From an uncultured Bacteroidales bacterium (GTDB lineage Bacteria > Bacteroidota > Bacteroidia > Bacteroidales > S143-33), in assembly GCA_964649975.1 (NCBI GenBank), contig CAZYSM010000007.1, positions 1,042 to 65,041 of the forward strand: a DNA stretch of 64,000 nucleotides, written 5' to 3'. A program made the translations under genes and the position numbers. The notes beneath the pieces were generated by a model. The model was not told the origin of the DNA. It saw only the letters and a list, made by a program, of their open reading frames with translations, and ran no database searches. Positions 56,684-64,000 of this stretch are shown piece after piece. Numbering within the stretch: position 1 is the first letter of the stretch; every line of letters starts with the position of its first letter.

Positions 56684-57868
56684 TTATTTTGTTGAAAAAT
56701 TCAGACTTAGTTTTATGAAAATTGCATTGAATACGAAGGTTGTATTATTATTTGCCGGAGAGGAGAAATGTCCTTTGAATATCTGGCCAATGATTGATAT
56801 ATCTGCATTATCCGCCAGGGAATATGTAAAAGATGGCATAAGGAAGTAGCCTTTTTCCTTGGGAAAATACATAAAAGCCATAGATGTATTGAGTAATGGA
56901 TATGGCTGGGCCGAAACCTGTGCAAATACGTTATATCTTGCAAATGATAAATGCTTTACGTCCATAGGAGCAGAGTATAAGTCCATAGGTGAGGTGATAA
57001 ACAAATTATCTTTCTGTGGATTATAAAGGAATTCGCCCATAAAAGTCACGGAATTTTTCAGACTATAATCCAGTCCAATGGATATGAGGAAAAGCCCAGA
57101 GGTATCAGCAAAATTCTTTTTTGGATGCAGGTACGTTCCTTCGCCCCGGAATGTTATGTTTTTAATATATCCTGTCCAGCCCAGTCCAAGGGCATAATCC
57201 TGTGAGTTTAATATACCGGCAAGTAATTGAATATCGTAGGTGCCAATTGTTGTGGCAAATTTTACAGCAGAAGTGATGTTTGTATCTCTATCCAGTTTTG
57301 ATGCTACTTCCACGGAACTCATAGGTGAAATGTAATAAATAGCATCAATGGCATCACTGCCCGGACGTTCGGCATAGTCCACATCAAAGAACGAGTAATT
57401 ATTGAACAAATCGTTAGGGTTCCATACAAATGTCTTTGCCCAGTTGATACGCTGCCTACCAATTGTCAGCTCAAAGTTATTACCGGAATAATGGACATTC
57501 AGTCTGTCAATGGCTATGTTCCATAATACAGATTGTTCAGAAACAGCATTCCACGAAAGCGGCACAATACCCATATCCTTTTTGACAAAATCACTATATC
57601 CAGGAAAATATTTGACGGTTTCCCCGGTAAAAATTCTATTGCGGACAGACAGGTTAAACGTAAAATTGCTTTTGTATGCCAGTTGCAGGTTCAGGCGCGA
57701 GTGGATAAGATTATCATTGATCCAGTTACCCTGTATGCTGTCAAAATAGGCTGACTGCATATTGTGAACATAGCCCGACAGGCGGAGATGCAAAGGTTTA
57801 TCCGTCTGTGCTGCCAGCGGAAAGAGAGTTAACAAGGTCAGGATTATATTAACAAATTTCCGTGACAT
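56684..57868 (-). CDS. outer-membrane beta-barrel (porin/alginate-export-like) protein
   Basis: I chose the start MSRKFVNIILTLLTLFPLAAQ (signal peptide); an alternative start is 57886. The sequence shows an alternating beta-strand pattern, and TIGRQRINWAK resembles the GRQ..WG motif of export-type barrels. Confidence 0.6.
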   Translation of the reverse strand: MSRKFVNIILTLLTLFPLAAQTDKPLHLRLSGYVHNMQSAYFDSIQGNWINDNLIHSRLNLQLAYKSNFTFNLSVRNRIFTGETVKYFPGYSDFVKKDMGIVPLSWNAVSEQSVLWNIAIDRLNVHYSGNNFELTIGRQRINWAKTFVWNPNDLFNNYSFFDVDYAERPGSDAIDAIYYISPMSSVEVASKLDRDTNITSAVKFATTIGTYDIQLLAGILNSQDYALGLGWTGYIKNITFRGEGTYLHPKKNFADTSGLFLISIGLDYSLKNSVTFMGEFLYNPQKDNLFITSPMDLYSAPMDVKHLSFARYNVFAQVSAQPYPLLNTSMAFMYFPKEKGYFLMPSFTYSLADNADISIIGQIFKGHFSSPANNNTTFVFNAIFIKLSLNFSTK

Positions 57869-57870
57869 TG

Positions 57871-59142
57871 TTAGAGTTTTTTCCACAGTAATTGTGCTTG
57901 CTGTTGTGCCATGGCAAAGACTTCTTCCTCGTCAATAGTTGTAACCTTCCTGTCTTTAAGGACTATTTTTCCATTGCTGATAACGTGTCGTACGTGTGCC
58001 GAGGATAGAGCATAAAAGAAATGTCCGAGGAAATTTGTGGATGTAATGGGCGTACGTGGCTGATAGTCAAATATAACAATATTATTCTCTGCATGTCCGC
58101 TGAAATTATTTTCAGCGAGGTAACGGTCATTATTTCGCAGACGCTGGTAGATCATGTCCATATCCTGCTGTTCAAATGCCAGGCCAGCGAAATAAGCAAA
58201 TTTGGCACTTTGTATCATATCCGAGTGCATACCGTCGGTGCCCAGCATAATACGGTTGGTGTCAAGTCCTTTTGCGGAAAAAAATCCTACCTGGTTATTG
58301 AGATTGCTTTCAGGATTTTGCACTATCCAAGCACGGGAGTTACGCAGGATTTCCCGCTCCTCATCATTAATATGTATAGCGTGAGCCAGTATGGTTTTTG
58401 AGGAATTCAGGAACCCAAAGTCATTCAGCCGGTGTATAACACGTTTGTTATGGTGTATTGTACACAAATCCTCATCCACTTTGTCCTCAGCCACGTGGAT
58501 ATGTATGCCTGAACCGTAAGTTTCCATCATATCCGCTGCTTGTTTTAATGTTCTGTCTTCCAGTGTAAAGGAAGCGTGTAATCCTATGAGCCCTTGCCGT
58601 TCTTCCAGGTAAGCTTTTGTTTCTTCCAGACCTTCAATGGATTTCTCGTATCCGTCGCGGTCGGATATTTCGTAACATAACAAATGAGATAGACCGACTT
58701 TTTCCAGGGCATTGGCAATAATTTCCAGTGAACCTGTAATAAAATTAGGTGAAGCGTGATGGTCTATGATAAATGTAGCACCTGCTTTCAATGCGTAAAT
58801 GGCTGTGGATAAGGCACTTGCTTCTATGGCTTGTTCAGTGAGTTTTTTATCCAGGTTCCACCAGACGTATTTGAGTATTTCGTAGAAGTTAGAAGGATTT
58901 TTTTTAGGAGCTGGCATACCTGTAGCCAGTGCAGAATAAATATGATGATGTCCTATTACAAAAGACTTTGTTGTTAATCCGCCCTGTGCATCAATTATTT
59001 GTGTGGCATTTTCGGGGATTTTGTCAATGAATTCAATTTTTCCTTCCTTACCCTGATAGACTTTGATATTGCCCTTGTATAGAGAAAAGTCGTATGGATT
59101 GATATATAAAGCATCTTTGATGTAGAGTTCGTTATTTTTCAT
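57871..59142 (-). CDS. amidohydrolase-superfamily protein, SsnA/chlorohydrolase-like
   Basis: I chose the start MKNNELYIKDALYINP; it is embedded in the stop region of the upstream gene (ATGAAAAATAA), and the ORF-track start is 59184. Metal motifs VIGHHHIYSAL, IIDHHASP, IHIHVAE, GTDGMHSD. Confidence 0.8.
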   Translation of the reverse strand: MKNNELYIKDALYINPYDFSLYKGNIKVYQGKEGKIEFIDKIPENATQIIDAQGGLTTKSFVIGHHHIYSALATGMPAPKKNPSNFYEILKYVWWNLDKKLTEQAIEASALSTAIYALKAGATFIIDHHASPNFITGSLEIIANALEKVGLSHLLCYEISDRDGYEKSIEGLEETKAYLEERQGLIGLHASFTLEDRTLKQAADMMETYGSGIHIHVAEDKVDEDLCTIHHNKRVIHRLNDFGFLNSSKTILAHAIHINDEEREILRNSRAWIVQNPESNLNNQVGFFSAKGLDTNRIMLGTDGMHSDMIQSAKFAYFAGLAFEQQDMDMIYQRLRNNDRYLAENNFSGHAENNIVIFDYQPRTPITSTNFLGHFFYALSSAHVRHVISNGKIVLKDRKVTTIDEEEVFAMAQQQAQLLWKKL

Positions 59143-61153
59143 ATTTGTCAATGAGTTTTTGTATTTGGTCTTCAAGATTTTCAATTTTCTTTTGGTATGC
59201 TTTTTCTGCTTTTTTGAAGCGTTCCATTGCCTCTTTTAATTCTTTTTCTTTTTCATTAATTTTTTGTTCCAGTTCCAGGATTTGAGCAACTTTTTCCGAG
59301 ATAATATTTTGTTTGATAGAATTGTCTATTTTTAGCTGTTTTATTTCTTCCTTCAGTTCATTAATTTTTTCATTATAATCTTCCAGTTTCAATTTGTATT
59401 CAATTTCTTTTTGCTCAAAATTTTCTGTTTTCTGAGTAAGTTCTTTTACGAGTTGCTTGGTACGTTCGTTGATAAGTACATAATTAATAGTTGTGCCAAG
59501 GTCTGCAGTGAATTTCTCAATAAAATTAATATGGTAATCTTCAAATTTTTCATTGGATGCTATTTCCAGGATGCCATAAATCTCATCTTCAAATTGTATA
59601 GGGAACCAGGCTATTGTATTAGGACGCCCGTAACCAAAGGCTGTTTCATAGAAAATATAATTTTCCGGCACAGGGGAAACAATAATTGGTTTGGCATCAG
59701 CGGCTACGGTTCCGATAAACCCTTCTGTCAGACGGTATTCCAGATTTGAAATTTTTTTCTTATCGTAGGCAAAGGCAATGTTTAGCTTATAAACAACTTC
59801 GTCTGCTTTATTTTCTTTGTAGTATATTGCTCCCATAGGAGCATTTAATGTTTTTAGCAGTTCTCTCAGGGAATTTTCCAGCAGGGAGTTTAGGTCAGTA
59901 GAATGTTCGCGCAGTATATCACTCAAATGGGCAAGCCCCTGGGTTACCCATTTTTGTTTTTCTTCGCTTTCGCGAGTTTTTTGTATGTCTTCGTGATATT
60001 TCTTTAGATAATTTTTTAGGTCAATGATGGAATAAGTAAGCACATCTTCGCTGGATAGTGGCGAAATATCAATATCGTAATTACCTTTTGCCAGTTCCTG
60101 TAATTTTCTGTTTTTAAATCTAAGATTTGAACTAATACGGTTTATTGTAATTGTTATATCTGATAGCTCCCTGGAAATTCGTATTAATTCAAATTTTTCC
60201 AGTGACCCCAATTCAATCCGTTTAAGTGCTTGCAGTATTTTAGAAAGATTTTGGTAGATGATTTTATAAATGTTGTATCCGTAAAATACTAATAATAAAG
60301 TGAATAGACTGATAACAATAAGGATTAAAGTTTCCCTATTTCTGGATTTTTGTGAAATAATATTTTCTTCAGTTTCCAATAGTTGACTTATTGGAGCTTG
60401 TAGGTTGGCAGGATTGACATCTTTAAATAGCCCGGACGAAAAAGGTTTACCGTAAATGTCGAGTAGATAGTAATAGTCTGAAATAGAGAATTTTATGCTA
60501 TTGACTATTGCCAACAAATTGTTTTTAATAATTTGTTGACGGGTAGAATTTACATTTAGTTGTTCAAGCTGTTTAGTGAGTTTTTTTAATTTTCTTTCAA
60601 TATTTACGCTATTGGAAGGTGTAAGTTTACCAGTTAGGCTTACTATTTGACTAACATATTTATCAAATGGAGGATTTAAGAATTCAGGATTATTTTTCAG
60701 CTGGAAAATAAGATTTCTGATAATAGCCAGGCGGCTATCCGTGTTATTATATAATTGATTATTAATTTGCTTTACCTGAATAATTTTATTTTTATATTGT
60801 TCAAAATTGTTTTGTAATTGTTTGAAATAGAAATTTTTACGAATAAAATTGAATTTTGATAATTCCTGTATATATTCGCTGATTTTATTTAATGACTTGT
60901 AAATTTTTTTATATTCATTTTCCTGGATATACTTGTATGGACTATTAAAAATTGTTTTTACTTGATTGTCAATAATAGTTATTTCCTGATTAATTTCATT
61001 AGTTAGTTTATAAGTTTCTATAACTTTTTTATTGAATTCATAAAAAGAAACGAATAATCCAATAACGTATATAAAAACTATAGATATTAAACTAACCCCA
61101 CCAAGCAGGAAATAACCTATAGGTATTTTGGATAAATTAATTTTTCTGCTCAC
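59132..61153 (-). CDS. membrane sensor-like protein: TM - helical extracytoplasmic domain - TM - HAMP - GAF - long coiled coil, no recognisable output domain
   Basis: TM1 is IGYFLLGGVSLISIVFIYVIGLF and TM2 is LILIVISLFTLLLVFYGY. The HAMP-like segment is LKRIELGSLEKF...RELSDITITINRISSNL. The GAF-like segment is LNAPMGAIYY...GFIGTVAADAKPIIV...WFPIQFEDEIYGILEIAS. The C-terminal tail is KE-rich heptads. Confidence 0.7.
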   Translation of the reverse strand: MSRKINLSKIPIGYFLLGGVSLISIVFIYVIGLFVSFYEFNKKVIETYKLTNEINQEITIIDNQVKTIFNSPYKYIQENEYKKIYKSLNKISEYIQELSKFNFIRKNFYFKQLQNNFEQYKNKIIQVKQINNQLYNNTDSRLAIIRNLIFQLKNNPEFLNPPFDKYVSQIVSLTGKLTPSNSVNIERKLKKLTKQLEQLNVNSTRQQIIKNNLLAIVNSIKFSISDYYYLLDIYGKPFSSGLFKDVNPANLQAPISQLLETEENIISQKSRNRETLILIVISLFTLLLVFYGYNIYKIIYQNLSKILQALKRIELGSLEKFELIRISRELSDITITINRISSNLRFKNRKLQELAKGNYDIDISPLSSEDVLTYSIIDLKNYLKKYHEDIQKTRESEEKQKWVTQGLAHLSDILREHSTDLNSLLENSLRELLKTLNAPMGAIYYKENKADEVVYKLNIAFAYDKKKISNLEYRLTEGFIGTVAADAKPIIVSPVPENYIFYETAFGYGRPNTIAWFPIQFEDEIYGILEIASNEKFEDYHINFIEKFTADLGTTINYVLINERTKQLVKELTQKTENFEQKEIEYKLKLEDYNEKINELKEEIKQLKIDNSIKQNIISEKVAQILELEQKINEKEKELKEAMERFKKAEKAYQKKIENLEDQIQKLIDKYEK

Positions 61154-61279
61154 CTTGATAAGATGTTTTTATTTCCAAATTTATTAAAAATAATACTTGA
61201 ATTGAAAATTTAAACAAAAAAATATTACGGATAGGATGGTATGAAGTTTGTAAATTTTATCTAACTAAAAGTTAAGTAT

Positions 61280-61987
61280 ATGCCGTATAGACGTTTGCCA
61301 AATACTGATGCTGCCCGCATTAGATCTATGGAAGCTGCATTATCACAGGCCGAGAAGGATGAGATGGATTTTAAAACAGTCATTCCTTTTGATTTGCAGT
61401 ATAAGTTGAAAAATTTATATCCGGAATTTACTCAAGCAGTGGATTTGTATAATCAAGCATATAAAAGGCAGGTAGAGGCCGGGAAAAAATTGAAAAAGGA
61501 TTTTAAAATGGCACGGTTATATTTGTCTCATTTTCTGCAAGTTTTTAATATGGCTATTATACGTAATGAAATAAATCCCCGGGAAAGGGAGTTTTTTGAA
61601 CTGCCTCCTCAGGATTTATCCTTACCGCGCCTGCAAACAGAAAAGGATTTATTACATTGGGGCGAAATAGTTATTTCGGGTGAAGAAAAACGTCTCTCAA
61701 GAGGCCATACTCCTATTACTAATCCTAAAATAACTCTTGTTAAGCTTTACTATCAACGTTTTAAGGAAAATTATCTATTTTACAAAAAATTACAGGAGAT
61801 TACCGCTGCTAATCTTGAAAACGTCAGCCGCCTCAGACCCAAAGTAAATAAGTTAATACAGAAAATATGGAATTCTGTGGAAGAGTATTTTGCTGATTTA
61901 CCCCCTCGTCAAAAGCGGGAAAATGCTGCACGTTATGGCGTTGTATATTTTTATAGAAAAGAAGAAAGAGAATCTCAAGAAAATTGA
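61280..61987 (+). CDS. hypothetical protein
   Basis: ORF track. The N-terminus MPYRRLPNTDAARIRSMEAAL looks like a hypothetical-protein family I recall from Bacteroidota, from memory only. Confidence 0.6.
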   Translation: MPYRRLPNTDAARIRSMEAALSQAEKDEMDFKTVIPFDLQYKLKNLYPEFTQAVDLYNQAYKRQVEAGKKLKKDFKMARLYLSHFLQVFNMAIIRNEINPREREFFELPPQDLSLPRLQTEKDLLHWGEIVISGEEKRLSRGHTPITNPKITLVKLYYQRFKENYLFYKKLQEITAANLENVSRLRPKVNKLIQKIWNSVEEYFADLPPRQKRENAARYGVVYFYRKEERESQEN

Positions 61988-62020
61988 TTAAATTTAGGAA
62001 TTAAGTTTTTAAATTTGCTT

Positions 62021-62890
62021 ATGCGTAAAGAGGCTGATATAAAAGAACATACCGCTAAAGTCAACAAGAAATTTACTCTCCGTCTATTATTATATTACCT
62101 GTTTTTATTCCTGTTTTTCATAGGTTTATTATTTGTTGTGCGATTTGCTTTCCATGGCCTTAATATTTTACTCTTGAGCTTGTTCATAATTTTGGTGGTA
62201 ATTATAGGTGTGGAGATAATTAAAGTGTTTAAAGTGAAAAAAGTATTGGATGTAGTTAAAGATTTGATTGATAGGGGATTATTTCATTATGCTTATTACT
62301 TGATTTCTTATCTGGAAGAGGCATATTCCTATGAGAGTATTTCTGATATTAAAGATAAACTCAGCGAGTTAATTGATACTGCAGACCTGTATTTTCAGAC
62401 AAAAAACTATGATCAGTTATATGATGCCGAGCTGGATAAAATTATAGACTTGATAAATTTTAATATAGATATCTATGAAGGTTTTTATGTACAAAACCGT
62501 ATTGCTTTTGAGAATTCAAAACAACAGATAGATGAATTTTTGCAAAATGACCCTAAGCTGAAGGAATATCTTGGTAAGGAAAAAGAAATTTTATCTCTGG
62601 AAGAGGAACGTTTGGCTGCTTTTTCTCAGATAAAGAATTATTTTGAGAAAATGAAAAAAGAACAAATACGCCTGATGCTTACTCTTCCTGATATTGATAT
62701 TATGTCAAAAGACTATGGTCGTTTTGTTAATAATCTACTGGATAAGGCATATTATACCGCTGAAGCTCAAGAAATGCTTGCCAGGATTGATAAAGCCAAA
62801 GATATTTTTTATGAAATTTTTCCTGCTATATTAAAAGCAGAGACCAGGGAAGAAATAAAAGAAAAATTAAAACGCTTGGAAAGTATTTGA
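62021..62890 (+). CDS. hypothetical membrane-anchored coiled-coil protein
   Basis: I chose the ATG at 62021 over the TTG at 62015. Two N-terminal TM helices are followed by a helical, KE-rich domain. Confidence 0.55.
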   Translation: MRKEADIKEHTAKVNKKFTLRLLLYYLFLFLFFIGLLFVVRFAFHGLNILLLSLFIILVVIIGVEIIKVFKVKKVLDVVKDLIDRGLFHYAYYLISYLEEAYSYESISDIKDKLSELIDTADLYFQTKNYDQLYDAELDKIIDLINFNIDIYEGFYVQNRIAFENSKQQIDEFLQNDPKLKEYLGKEKEILSLEEERLAAFSQIKNYFEKMKKEQIRLMLTLPDIDIMSKDYGRFVNNLLDKAYYTAEAQEMLARIDKAKDIFYEIFPAILKAETREEIKEKLKRLESI

Positions 62891-62934
62891 AAAGTGGTAT
62901 TTTTGCAGGCAAATTTTAAAAACATTGCCAGAAA

Positions 62935-63264
62935 ATGTTTACAATCATCGAGTCCCTGGAAGAATTTGCAAAAGCCACGCAGCAGCCTGCAGCTCTTTTT
63001 TATTTTTCACACGAACAATGTAATGTTTGCAAAACCCTTAAGCCTAAGGTGCAGGAGTTTATGAGCGAGAATTTCCCGGAGATTAAACTCTATTACGTTG
63101 ACACTGTCAAACACCCTGATATTGCAGGACAAAACCGGGTATTCACCAATCCTGTTGTTCTGATTTTCTTTGACGGACGCGAAATGCACCGATTCAGCCG
63201 TTATTTCAGCCTCCAGCAGCTATACGAAGCTGTTGCTAAGCCTTATGAAATTATTTTTGAATAA
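62935..63264 (+). CDS. thioredoxin-fold protein with CxxC (CNVC) motif
   Basis: FSHEQCNVCKTLKP in a thioredoxin-like context and a length of 109 aa. Confidence 0.75.
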   Translation: MFTIIESLEEFAKATQQPAALFYFSHEQCNVCKTLKPKVQEFMSENFPEIKLYYVDTVKHPDIAGQNRVFTNPVVLIFFDGREMHRFSRYFSLQQLYEAVAKPYEIIFE

Positions 63265-63290
63265 AAAATTTTTATTTCTGATATTACTGT

Positions 63291-63319
63291 ACGGACAGCA
63301 AAAGCTGTCCGTTTTTTTG
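63291..63319 (+). terminator. rho-independent terminator
   Basis: Stem acggacagc (63291-63299) / gctgtccgt (63304-63312), loop aaaa, then a T7 run. Confidence 0.8.
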
Positions 63320-63361
63320 TTTGTTTTTGTGTATCTTTGTAGGAAATAAAATTTATCCCGG

Positions 63362-63955
63362 ATGAAAAATATTGCTGTCTTTTGTTCCTCTTCTAATGCT
63401 CTGGAAAATAAATATTACAATTTTGCCGAAGTCTTTGGCCGTCAGCTTGCTGCCGAAGGATTTAACCTTGTCTATGGAGGAGCTAATGTTGGAATGATGA
63501 AAGTTCTGGCTGATACTGTCAGAGAAAATGGAGGTAAAATCATAGGCGTTATTCCTAAGGCTTTTGACCGTCGCGGATTAACTGAGAAAAGTCTGGACAA
63601 ACTTTTTATTGTCCCTGATATGCAGACAAGGAAGAAGAAAATCATCTCAATCTCCGATGCTTTTGTTGCTCTTCCGGGTGGATTTGGTACACTTGACGAA
63701 TTGCTGGAAGTCATTGTCCTCAAACAGCTTTCTATGATACACGCACCTATTGTGATTTTGAATTTTAACGGTTTCTTTGATAATATGCTGAGTATGTTTG
63801 ACGATATTTTTGAACAAAATTTTGCAAAATCCAGGTACAAAAATATTTATTATGTTGCCGATTGCATTGATGATGTTTTTGAATATATAAAAAAGTACGA
63901 ACCTGTGCTTGACCTTAACTGGCACAAAGTTGACAAAACCGACTTTGAAAAATGA
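63362..63955 (+). CDS. LOG-family (TIGR00730) nucleotide 5'-monophosphate nucleosidase
   Basis: Motifs VYGGANVGMM and ALPGGFGTLDEL. Confidence 0.9.
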   Translation: MKNIAVFCSSSNALENKYYNFAEVFGRQLAAEGFNLVYGGANVGMMKVLADTVRENGGKIIGVIPKAFDRRGLTEKSLDKLFIVPDMQTRKKKIISISDAFVALPGGFGTLDELLEVIVLKQLSMIHAPIVILNFNGFFDNMLSMFDDIFEQNFAKSRYKNIYYVADCIDDVFEYIKKYEPVLDLNWHKVDKTDFEK

Positions 63956-64000
63956 AACAAAATTTACCTGCGGATTTTGAACCAAACAAATTTTATCTTG
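63952..64000 (+). CDS. 5' end of an unidentified CDS (MKQNLPADFEPNKFYL...), runs off the window
   Basis: The ATG at 63952 overlaps the LOG stop codon (ATGA overlap). Only 16 codons are visible. Confidence 0.3.
   Translation, partial: MKQNLPADFEPNKFYL

Noticed and set aside
63362-63955. The LOG/SLOG-fold gene as a possible Thoeris-like partner for the TIR protein.
   Set aside because: It lies about 59 kb from the TIR gene and has the canonical housekeeping TIGR00730 motifs (PGGFGTLDEL). It has its own promoter-terminator context and no SIR2 or Macro fusion.

Overview
The window looks like a 64-kb chromosomal segment of a Bacteroidota/FCB-group bacterium. This placement is an inference from a GWxTD-domain protein, Reg_prop/Y_Y_Y sensor modules, TPR+PD40 secreted proteins, a long-form Lgt and TAnnTTTG-type promoter motifs. 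Coding density is high, with about 56 CDS. Most are housekeeping genes I recognise from conserved motifs: sufS, ribD, recF, dnaX, phoH, rplY, pth, lgt, ppa, mnmA, glpK, pyk, rocD, ribH, dnaA, yggS, fbaB, a LOG-family gene and others. I found no rRNA, tRNA, CRISPR array, transposase, integrase or prophage genes.

Several clean GC-rich hairpin plus T-tract terminators sit between convergent genes.

The most unusual region is the left end (about 1-5510).
- A very AT-rich gene encodes a single-pass membrane TIR-domain protein (2788-4323).
- It is divergently paired with a ParM/StbA-like actin-fold ATPase (4481-5506). The phosphate-1 motif of this ATPase is missing from the N-terminus and present at the extreme C-terminus, an apparent circular permutation.
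- On the other side lie a small overlapping ORF and a three-module fusion of alkaline-phosphatase/NPP, TPR and sulfotransferase domains, which runs off the window edge and is absent from the supplied ORF track.

Other items worth a second look:
- a 1638-aa periplasmic-sensor PP2C phosphatase;
- a 1088-aa transporter-HEAT-cNMP-like fusion;
- a translationally coupled operon of HAMP-GAF protein, SsnA-like amidohydrolase, outer-membrane barrel and inner-membrane protein;
- a tandem pair of paralogous 185-aa genes;
- an AT-rich dnaA-upstream region without canonical DnaA boxes.

All functional calls come from reading motifs by eye. No database or HMM search was possible, so family names should be confirmed.
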